From assembly GCA_013265495.1 (NCBI GenBank), contig MU057398.1, positions 372,001-436,000 on the forward strand: a stretch of 64,000 nt of DNA, read 5' to 3'. A program made the position numbers and the translations under genes. Position 1 is the first letter of the stretch, and every line of letters starts with the position of its first letter. The notes under the pieces were generated by a model. That model was given only the letters and a program-made list of their open reading frames with translations. It did not search any database and was not told the origin of the DNA. The stretch is from Vicugna vicugna. Taxonomy: Eukaryota. This document shows, in pieces, positions 39,310-50,200 of this stretch.

Positions 39310-41183
39310 AAAAATTGACTCTGGATAAAACAAAACACCTGAACAATCCCATGATTACTAAAGAAATTAGTAGCACAATTTAAAATGGACGGATGGAGGG
39401 GCTGGAAGCTACAAAAGCAAAGAAGGCCTAGACAGTTTCACAGATGAAATCTGTCAAACCTTCAGGAACTGATAATCACTGTAGTAGACAAATTGTTCCA
39501 GGGAACAGAAACAGAGGCTGTGTTCCAACAACAACAACAAAGCCGATCCAGCAAAGACACCATGACAAAGTTGAGTTTAGCCCAGAAAATCAAGGGTGCT
39601 TTAACATTAGAAAATCAATCAACATAATTTACCCCATTAACTGATGAGAGGAGAAAAATTATGTCACTGTCTCAATGCACTCGGAAAAAGCACTTGATGA
39701 AATTCAACATATAGCAGACTAGGACTGAAAGGGAACTTCCTTAATCTCATAAAGGTGTCTATAAACACCCCCTGTAAACCTCATAATTAATGATGAAACA
39801 TTGAGAATATTCCCTTTGTTTCCATTCAATGTTGTACTGTCAGGGAAGTAAAGTGAGAAAAAAAAACTGTAGTTAAAAGGACTGGAAAAAAGAAAATGAT
39901 ACAGTCATTACTGGCAGATGGCATGACTGTGTAAGTAGGAAACCAAAAAGAATCCACAAAAGGAATCCGAAAATAATTATTAGACTTAATACAAGAGTTT
40001 ACAAGGCTGCTTGATACAAAATCCATATATAAAAGTCAAGGGTGTTGCCTTTGCTGTACACCCAAAACTAACACAATATTGTAAATCAACTATATTTCAA
40101 TAAAAAAAAGTCAATTGTGTCTTTATATACTGGCAACACAATCAGAAAATGAATTAAAAAGAAGATAGCACTCATAATGGGATAAAAAAAATCAAGTCCC
40201 AACTAATAAATTTAACAGATGATGTGCAAGTCCTTTAGGGGAAAATGTATTGAAAAGATCTTAATAAACAGAGATATGATATGCTCATAGATGGAGAAAC
40301 TCAACATTTTAGACGTGAATAGTCTTCAAAGGGATTCAAAATGCAACAAAATCTCAATTTACCCCTTCAAAAAAAAAATTCCAACAGAATTTTTCCTGGA
40401 ACTTGACAAGCCGTTTTTTAAACTTCTAAGGAAAACCAAAGGGCCTGGGATAGGTGAGATTATTTTAGAAGATGAGAAAAGGTAAGAGGAGGAGGAAAAG
40501 GAGAAAGAGAAAGAGGATAAAAAAGAAGTCGCTCCTCAGTATCAAGACTTGCTTTAAAACTTTAGTAAGTAAAACGGGTGGACAAGTAAACCAAAAAGAC
40601 AGAAGAGAGAGCCATAGCAACATAGGCATAAGATGTGGCATATGACCAAGGGCTCACCACACATCAGTGGAGAAGGACAGGGTGGGGGGGAAATAATGGG
40701 GCTGGGATGGTAGATGCCCATGTGGGAAAAGATCAGATGTGATCCCTATCTCACACCATACACCAAAAAAAACATTCTAGGTGAAATTAAAGACCTGAAT
40801 ATGAAATATTTAGAATAGAGACACAGAAGAAAAGCTCTATGATCTTGGGTAGGGGAGGATTTCTTAAACAAGACCAAATGACAAACCACAAAAGAGAAGA
40901 TTGATATATAAGATTACAGGCAAATTAAGACCTGTTCGCCAAATAATATCATACAAAGCTCACGAAACCAGCCAAGATCCTTCATGGTTCCACCAACTTC
41001 AGACTAGGGGCTGCCTGTGCTCTGCCCAGGATTGTGGAAGTGGCCCCTGCAGGCCATATGCATACATACTTATGAAATATTGTGTTGCCTGAGGACAGAT
41101 TTATTCTCTTCTGTGGAAAGGTAGGAACAATATTCCCAGTGCTGGGACTGTTGATATCTGTCTTTTTTGAGGCCACCAAGGAC

Positions 41184-41186
<3 letters not shown>

Positions 41187-41250
<64 letters not shown>

Positions 41251-41263
41251 GGGGGAGGGGGGG
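41187..41263. repeat. (TG)24 microsatellite abutting G22-A-G7 tract
   Basis: Direct reading. Confidence 0.95.
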
Positions 41264-41984
41264 AGCCCCTCCCCAATAGTCTGCTCCTGGAGCTTCTAGG
41301 TCCCTCCCCATCTTGGGCATTTGGCATTCCCCCTTGGGGGATGTGTAGACAGAGACAGCAACTCATTGAGCACCCTTGCTCCCAATCTACTGGGCCTTCA
41401 AGCTCTGGGTCACTCACTTCCCCTGATGCCCACCCCCCAGTGCTCATCACCCTGAGCCAAGCTTCTCATGCTAAGACCCCAATAGCTCCACTGGCCATCT
41501 CCTCCTGCCCCTCAGTCCTCCCACCCCCCCACAACTGCCTGCCCCACCGATAGCATCCCTGCTCCGTAGGAAGTGACACCCTAGCACAAAGAACACAGGG
41601 GTCTCCCGGATTCTCCTGCCTTTGCCACCTACAACCTCTCTAATGCCAAGTCTCTGGGGTTCTGTCTCCCAGAGCATATCTAGAATGCTTCCACCTCTGT
41701 CCACACCCACAGCCACCCCGGACCAAGCTTCCCATGCTCTCCATACTAGGGCCACCAGCTCACGCTTGTCCAAGTACAAAGATGTTTACCAAGCTATGAT
41801 GAGCTAAGTCCAAATTTTTCCCAACTTGCTAACCTCTGTATCCCTAGAGCCCACCTCAACCAAACTCACGCTCCAGGCAGGGGGAAACGCCCCATGGGCA
41901 GGTCACCTGCAGCCTTGGCCCCAGGCAGTCCCCAGCTCCCCTCCTGCTTGGCACCTGCTACAGTCCATGGCTCAGGGCCTTGTG

Positions 41985-42205
41985 GCCTGATGGTTAAGTG
42001 CAGGGTCCTGTGGCTGACTCCAAGCCTTGCCACTTAATAGCCATGCAACTTTGTGAAAGTTTCCTAACTTCTCGGGCCTCAGTCTCCCCACCTAGGAACT
42101 AGGGAAAATCAGTGCACCAACTCCAGGATCACTGGAAGGACTGAATGAGCTCACATACACGGAACACTTAGAGCAGCCCTGGTACATGGGAAGACCTGAA
42201 TGTTC
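41985..42205 (+). mobile_element. MIR
   Basis: GCCACTTAATAGCCATGCAACTTTG...CCTAACTTCTCGGGCCTCAGTCTCCCCACCT core. Confidence 0.7.
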
Positions 42206-42669
42206 AAGGTCAGCTTAAACCTCACTTCCTCTGTGAAGCTCTCCTGATGCCCTTGGTGCCCCTAGACCTGACTCCTCTTCCTTTTTGCCCCACGGTGCCT
42301 GCCACAGATGGGCTGTCCTGCCAGCGGGGCCTCATCTGTTGGCAAGGAGTTCTTCCCCTGAGACCTGGGAGATTCTTGGGGCGAGTGGCAGTGGGCTTTG
42401 TCTCTAAATGGTGCCAGGACCAAGGCCAAGGCTGGCACCCAGTAGGAACTTCAGGGAAGGCTTTGGAATGCCTGCCAGCCCACCTGATGGGAGGGCACCG
42501 CCCCGCTGTCACTTCTTCAGGCAGGTGCCGGTAGGCGGCCCTCTGCCATGCCCACTGGGGCCGGCAGAGGGCAGCAGTGCCCTGCCCAGCGCCATTGGGC
42601 AAAGGGGCGGGTGTGGAGGGGCTGGGCTGCCCAGGCCGGCCTGCCAGGACGAGTCGGGCTGGGCACGAC

Positions 42670-42763
42670 TGCATTGTGGGGAGGGAAGCTGGGGCTCCAC
42701 TGGGTCAGACCGCACTCCTGGCACCGACAGCTGTTCCTCCGTCTCCATCAGCAGCCCACCCAG
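42670..42763 (+). other. PLXNB3: Candidate PLXNB3 non-coding exon 1 (5' boundary approximate)
   Basis: Strong donor CAG|GTAGGC at 42763 downstream of GC-box-rich stretch (~42500-42660); exon 2 has an acceptor so an upstream exon is required. Confidence 0.45.
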
Positions 42764-44233
42764 GTAGGCGTGAGCTGGAGCTAGTGAGGGCACGGGATGC
42801 CACCAGGGCAGGGGTAGGGGAATGGGCGTGCTGGGAGAAGCCAGGGGTCTGCAGGCCAACCAACCCAAATCCAGCAAAAATCCTTAGACGCCAGCCCCAG
42901 CCCAGCAACTACATCTCCTGTTGCCTGGGGACACGGTGCCCCGGCCAGGAGGTGGCCCTGGAGCTGGGAGGTAGGACTCGGGGCTGCTGCCCCCCACAAA
43001 GAAGAGCTGGCACTTCTGGCCATGGGGCAGGGCACAGGGAAGGGAAGCAGCCCGCCTGGCTCCCCGCCCCCACAGCCACCCGACCAGCCCAACCAGGTGA
43101 CAGCTAGTCTTGCTGCTGCCACCTTGCCCTGGAGCCTGCTGCCACTGTACATCGTGGAGAAGATGGGGACTCCAACTTGAGCACACTTGCTCCTGCACCT
43201 CAGGCCAGGGCCCGAGCTCTGCTGGCTTGGTGTGCAGATGGTGCCCCGTGAGGGTGCCAGGGAGCCAGCCACCAGCTGCCACTCCTTTCCCCACCCTATG
43301 TGTGGAGGAGGGTCTAGGCCCCTCCTGGGATGGTGTTTCCCCAGGGAGAGGGGGAGGGGGACAGCCTGCAGCAAGTTGCCAATTCTGAAGCTAAGGGTCG
43401 GGTTCCCACCCCCTCCTGTGCATCCTCTTTGCCTTGGGCCCCTCCAGAAGCATCCTCCGTCGGCACTGCCCATGGCCACCATGCTGTACCTGGCACGACT
43501 TTGCCAGTCCCTGGGGGTGGGGCTGGATGGGGCCAGTCTTACTCGGAGCCAAAAGGGTAGGGGTGCAAGGGGAGAAGCTCTCTTGGCCTGGCTGCCCTGG
43601 CCAGCCTCTCCCCCACCCCCAAGCTGGACAAAGGCAGGCATTGAGGGCCACGGCTTCCCTCCAGCCAGGCACCAAGGCTACCGAGACTGAAGCTGGCATT
43701 GCAGGGGCTCAGGGCCCTGGCCCTCGCGTTGGGGCTCCACAGCCTCCCCTGTGCCCTTCAGGGGGACCCAGAGGGAAACAGGGAGGAGCACACTGGCTGG
43801 CACGGGGTTGAGGGAGAGGCACAGCTGGCTGTGTGGGTCCCATTTTTCTGGCTGAAGGAAACCATGTCCCTTTGTCCCCAGATCCCAAGGGGTGTGTCTC
43901 CAAGGGTGGGGAGTAGCAGGGAGCCCCCTGGTCAGAACAGCCTGAATGGGGAAAGAATATCAGACAGTGGGTCTCTGGCCAGGGCCTCTGGACAGAGGGG
44001 ATATTGTTGGGGTGGAGGCAGGGCTGCCTTGGCCCAGCCACTACTGACAAAGCTGCCAGCTGTGGTGGAGTCTGGCTGCCAGGCCCTTGGCACTGCCCCC
44101 CAGGCCTCCCTCCTCCCCCAGGGCGCATGTGAATGGGGCCAAGCCTGTACTGTCTCCCTCCCACTCAGGACCATGCCCCCCCACAGCTGTCCTGCGCCCA
44201 GCACCACTGGCCTGGGGCAGCTGAACTGATGAG

Positions 44234-44293
44234 ATGGGCTTCCATCAGCGCCATGCTGCCCAGGAGATGCCCCTGCTGCTCCCCTTCACTTTG
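44234..44293 (+). CDS. PLXNB3: PLXNB3 exon 2 coding part (exon starts 44169)
   Basis: [20 protein letters not shown], donor GTGAGT, in frame with exon 3; actual start may instead be ATG 45886. Confidence 0.6.
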
Positions 44294-47200
44294 GTGAGTG
44301 CCTGGGTCCTACATCCCTCTGGGGCAGCCCTCGGGGTGGGGCAGGGCAGGTGAATCAGCACAGAGGACCCTGGGCCCCAAAGCACTGCGCCTCCCGCTGC
44401 GGTCCCTCTCCCCCTCACCGCCCCCGATCCCCCGCGCCGATATCCAGGGTCTGGAGGAAATGCCCCTGTCCCTCAGTTGGTCGTCCTTCCTGTCTGTGTT
44501 CCTGAGATAAGGACTCTGCTCCCATCTGGCACACCCGCTGAGACCCAAGCTGGTGTCTCTGCTGGCAGATGGTGGGGTGCAGAGTTATGGTGGGCCCACT
44601 CCTGGCCACCACGTGCCCATATACCCAGCTGTGCGGGACCCTAAGTCAACTGAGGACCTGGCTTCTGATCCCTCTTTGTGGCTCTGTGGCTGGGTTCTGG
44701 AGGAGGGGGGGCTGAGAGGCCACCAAGGCTCAGGGGCTCTGAGGGCCTGGCGCATGTCTCTTGTCTACTCACCTAGACACCACCCCGATGCTGTCGGGCA
44801 GGGGCTGCTGCCAATGGCTCCAGGCTGGGAAGTGGGTGGGGTGGGGAGGGGGCGCAGACAGAGCCCCACTCAGAGCGTCCTCTGGAGGCTGGGGCCCCTA
44901 CCCTTCCCCTCAGGGCTCAACCATGTGTCCCCACCAGGCTGATGGGAGCTATCTCCAGTCTGGGCCCCATGTGGCTGGGGAGGGGTGCCAGGCCTGGGCC
45001 CTGGCAAGGACTTTCTTTCAGTCTTTTCTCCCTCCTCACCCCCAGTCAAGCTCTCCTTCTGACTGTCTTCTCCTCACTCCCCCTCCTTCCTCGCTCAGCT
45101 CACACCGCTCCAGCTCCACTGACACTCCCCATGCCACGCCCGGATGGACCCTGGCTGCTGGGGCCCATGGGTCTGGGGCCAGGCTTCCCACCAGCCTAGC
45201 ATCCGGTGCTGTCTCCCAGTGCCCCCAGCCCCAATCTGGCCGGCTACCAGCTCTCTCCCTCCTCTGCAGCTTGACCCTGTTCTCCTCAGCACCCCCCACC
45301 CCGGCCCTCACCACCCACCCTTCACCATCTGTGGGGCAAGTGGAGGAGCATCTGGCCCTCTCCTCTCTCCAGCACTCCTCACCTCATGGGCTTCCCAGGG
45401 CAGATTTTCACTCCCTGACAGGCTTTCCTGCCCTCCCCTGCCCTCGCACCATCGCCACCGCTCCTTCTCCACGTCCCTGTCCTCATCGGGGTCTTTGCAC
45501 TCCAGTTCCCTCACCCCCAACCCCACCCACCTCCACCTCCTCTCTTCTGCCCTCATCTCCATGGTCTCTCCTCTCTCCGCTGCTGCCCTCCATCACTCAG
45601 AGTCTTGTTCATGCTCCTGTGCTTTTCAGGATCTGCCCCCTTCAACAATAAGATTCTGCTTTCTAGATAAAGCAGGAGGTGGAAGAGATTCTTTGTGCAC
45701 ACTGCTCTCTTCCTTCCCTCTGCCCTGCTTTCTGTTACTGTCTCTCTGTCCTTCTCCCCCTCCCTTTTGCTCTCTCTTCTGGATCCTTCTGTCCCTCCCG
45801 TGCTCTCTCTCCACGCCCTCCTCCTCTTTTGCCATCACCACCCTGATTCAGGCCCTCCCGCCTGGCTCGCCCCCAGGGCCCCGCCATGGCTCCCCGGCCT
45901 CCCTTCATTGTTCGCCTGCTGCTCGTGCTGACGCTGCTGTGCCAGCCGCTCACCCTGACGACAGGGGCCCATCGCTTCTCGGCGCCCAACACCACCCTCA
46001 ACCGTTTGGCACTGGCTCCCGGCCGGGGTGCACTCTATGTGGGCGCGGTGAACCACCTCTTCCAGCTCAGCCCCGACCTGCAGCTCGAGTCTGTGGCCAT
46101 CACTGGCCCCGTCTTCGACAGTCCCGACTGCGTACCCTTCCGGGACCCAGCCGAGTGCCCGCAGGCCCGGCTCACCGACAATGCTAACCAGCTGCTGCTG
46201 GTGAGCAGCCGGGCCCAGGAGCTGGTGGCCTGTGGGCAGGTGCGGCAGGGCGTGTGCGAGAAGCGACGCCTCGACGACGTGGCACAGGTGCTGTACCGGG
46301 CCGAGGACCCTGGCGACGGGCAGTTCGTGGCCGCCAACACCCCAGGGGTGGCCACGGTGGGCCTAGTGGTGCCCGGGCCAGGCCGGGACCTCCTGCTGGT
46401 GGCCCGGGGCCTGGCGGGCAAGCTGTCGGGCGGGGTTCCGCCCCTGACCGTGCGCCAGCTAGCCGGGCCACAGCCCTTCTCCAGTGAGGGCCTGGGCCGC
46501 CTCGTGGTGGGTGACCTCTCCGACTACAACAACAGCTACGTGGGGGCCTTTGCTGACACCCGCTCGGCCTACTTCGTCTTCCACCGCCGCGGGGCCCGGA
46601 CCCAGGCCGAGTACTGCTCCTACGTGGCCCGAGTCTGCCTGGGGGATGCCAACCTCTACTCCTACGTGGAGGTGCCCCTCACCTGCCGGGGCCAGGGCCT
46701 CATCCAGGCCGCCTTCCTTGCCCCAGGCGCCTTGCTAGGGGCATTTGCTGCAGGCCCGAAGGGGCCTCAGGCGGCCCTGTGCGCCTTTCCCTTGGCCCAG
46801 CTGGACGGGAGCATGGAGCGGGCCCGGCGCCTTTGCTACACGGCAGGCGGCAGGGGCCCCAGCGGCGCAGAGGAAGCCACCGTAGAGTACGGCGTCACAT
46901 CGCGCTGCGGGACCCTGCCCCCTGTGAGTGGCTGCGCCCGAGGTCTCGCCCCCCACCTCTCACCTGAGGCTCTTCTGCACCACCTTCCAGCTGCAGCTCT
47001 GGTCTTCTCCCACTGCCTCATCTTACCCAACCTGCCATTCTGTCCCTTTCCCTCCGTGGACCTTCAGTGTCTCTCTGCCCAGACCAGGGCTGCCACGTGT
47101 CACCCTGGGCAGAAGGCAGCTGGGTGCTTTCACTTGATGATCGCCTATGACCTCTTGTTTAGAGGATGTCAAGGAGGGGCTGGTTCGGTTTCAGTCTCCT

Positions 47201-50200
47201 AGCTGTTCTCAGACTGTCTCCTTTGACCTTTCTCCCTTCTCCTACCTCTTCCAGGAACTGATTCCCCCCTCTCTGCCCATGCAGGACTCTCCTGAGTCGT
47301 ATCCCTGTGGCGATGAACACACCCCCAGCCCCATCGCCGGCCGCCAGCCTCTGGAGGCTGGGCCTCTGCTGCAGCTCGCGCACTCCATCAGCGCCATCAC
47401 AGCCCTCCAGGCAGATGGGCACACGATAGCCTTCCTGGGGGACGCCCAGGGCCAGCTGCACAAGGTAAGGGCCTGACAAAGGAGGTTGCGGCCCCAGGTC
47501 AGAGCCCTGGTCCACAGCCTCTATGCTGCCAGACCAGACTCAGCCTCAGTTTCCTTCCACCCCTTGGCCTGTGTCCTGCTGGCAGGTCGGAAAGCTGTAC
47601 CACACACTGATGGCTCGCTGGGTGTTACCTCCCATTCTGGGTCCCACCTCCCATTCTGGGCCCCAGATGTGTTGTTTAGAATGCCTCCCAGGCAGCCCCA
47701 ACTTCTCCAGCCAATAGCTGGAGACTTGCCTTCTTGTGAACTGTTTGTCTCTTAGCAGCTGCCCTCCTGTCCCTGGCTCCCAAAGGCCCCACCCAGGATG
47801 GCCCTGTCACTCGAGCTGGGTAATGCTGACTTGGGGAGGTGACATGGGCAAGCTGGATGCCCGTGCATCTGCCCCACCCTCTGTGGCATGGCCCAGCTTC
47901 CCTGGTCTTAAGGGAAGGGGAGCTGGCTCTGTGGGACAGGATGCTCCCTGGGAGCCCCAGGATGAGAGCATCTGCCCTGAACAGTTGGCCTAGGACCATC
48001 TTGAGCACCGACCTGGGTTCGGCGGGCTGGCCCAGCCCTGTCCTTGTCATCCACCCAGGTCTTTCTCAATGGCACCCAAGGCCAGGTATACCACTCGCAA
48101 CAGGTGGGGCCCCCGGGCTCAGCCATCAGCCCCGACCTACTGGTGGACAGCAGCGGTAGCCACCTCTATGTCCTGACTTCCCAGCAGGTGAGGGCTGTCC
48201 CCGGGGAGCTGGGCATACGAGACCCAAGCCCCTGCACCCACTACCTCTGCCCTCGCCACCCATCCAGGTGGACCGGGTACCCGTGGCAGCCTGCCCCCAG
48301 TTTCCCGATTGCACCAGCTGCCTCCAGGCTCGGGACCCACTGTGTGGCTGGTGTGTCCTCCAGGGCAGGTGAGTGTGGATCTGTATGCTCGGAGGCCAGC
48401 TCGTCTCCCTGAGTGGAGAAGCAGGGCTGGGCTGAGATCCCCCATGGTGCCCCAGCCCGCCAAACCAGGAATCTGGTTGGCACTCCCTTCCCAACACTTA
48501 CCGACTTGTTCACTTCTTATCTCCCCAGCCCCACTCTGGGCCAGGCCTCTGTCACCTCTCTTGGTGTCCCCTGGTCCACTCTAGCTCCCCTCCAGCCCAT
48601 GCTCCTCACAGCAGCCCCAGGAATCCCTTCTGACAACCCTAAGTTAAATGCATGCTCCCCTCCCGAGCAGCAGCCCACTTCTCACTCACAGTCAAGACTG
48701 AACCCCGCGTATCAGCTGAGAAACCCTGTGCACTCGGCCCTTCCTCTCTGAGCAGTCCCTGTCACTACCCAGCTTGCTGCGCTCCAGCTGGGCCATCCTC
48801 CCAGACCCCTTGCCGCCAATCACCCAGGGACCCTGAGACCCACACGGGGACCCAATGGGCCCCTGCCTTACAGGTGTACCCGCAAGGGCCAATGCAGGCG
48901 CGCAGCCCAGCCCAACCAGTGGCTCTGGAGCTATGGGGACAACCGCTGCCTGCATGTCCAGAGCCTGCTGCCGGCCCACCATCCCCGCCAGGAGCAGGGC
49001 CAGGTGAGGCGCTGGTCACACCCTGCCTAGGGGTGCTGCCTCCCCTGTTCTCCCCCTCCTCTCCCACTGCCTCCGCTCCCACCTCCTCTGCCCTGGATCC
49101 ATCTTCCTGCCTGCTGTGTATTCCTCCCCCATGTCCCAGGTCACCTTGTCTGTGCCCCGGCTGCCTGCCCTGGCCCCGGATGAATACTTCCATTGTGCCT
49201 TTGGGGACTATGAGAGCTTGGCTCATGTGGAAGGGCCCAACGTGGCCTGCATCACCCCTTCCCAGGACCAGCTGCCGCTTAATCCTCCAGGCACAGGTAA
49301 GGGGCCTGTGGGATGAGGGGTGAGGGCAGGAGCTGCAGGGGCAGGAGCCACATGACCTGTCCTGTCACCACCCCTTCCCAGACCACATCACCTTGCCCCT
49401 GGCCCTGATGTTTGAGGATGTGGCCGTGGCCGCCACCAACTTCTCCTTCTATGACTGTGGTGCTGTCCAGGCCTTGGAGGTGGCTGCCCCGTGAGTGTTG
49501 GGCCTGGCTGCTGGGCAGGGGGAGTGACTTCAGATGGCGTGCAGCCTGAGCAGCTCCTCCGCCCCTCCAGGTGCCGTGCCTGTGTGGGCAGCCTTTGGCG
49601 GTGCCACTGGTGCCCACAAAGCAGCCTCTGTGTGTATGGGGAGCACTGCCCAGAGGGCGAGAGAACCATCTACAGTGCCCTGGAGGTGAGTGGGCCCGGC
49701 CCACCGGCCCACCGGCCCGCCGGCTTCCCTTCACCTCCACTGTAGACCCACCCTGCCTGTGCCTGCCCAGATCCCTTGACTCCTGAAGTGCTAAGGGGTC
49801 TCCTTTCCCCAGGTGGACGTCCAGGTGCGTGGCCCGTGGGCTTGTCCCCAAGTCAAGGGCCTGGCGGGCCCCCTCCTGGTGCCTGTGGGCTGGGAGAGCC
49901 GTCTGGCCCTGTACGTGCAGAATCTTCAGCATTTCCGAGTGAGCAGTCCAGTAGGAGGCGGACGGAGACAGTGGGGCGTGGGGCGGGGGGGGCATGGCAG
50001 GGCCTGATGGTGTCCAGGCTCCTTACAGCCTGTATCCACCCCCAGGGCCCTCCTGCCTCCTATCACTGCTGGCTGGAGCTGCCTGGAGAACTGCAGAAGC
50101 TGCCGGCATCCCTAGAAGAGACGACCAGCGACACAGGCCTCATCTACTGCCGGGCCCAGCAGGTGGGCTGCCGCCCCGCAGCTTTAGCTGCCTCTTTATC

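Larger units (their letters stand above)
35180..41090 (+). mobile_element. Cluster of nested, degenerate L1 fragments
   Basis: A-rich sense strand with decayed ORF2 peptides (e.g. QGCFNIRKSINIIYPIN, IPTEFFLELDK, WKFLKKLKREPPYDPTIPFLG). Confidence 0.85.

Noticed and set aside
45144..46187. 347-aa ORF overlapping PLXNB3 exon 3 in another frame
   Set aside because: Runs through a pyrimidine-rich intron, non-ATG start, no domain; shadow ORF
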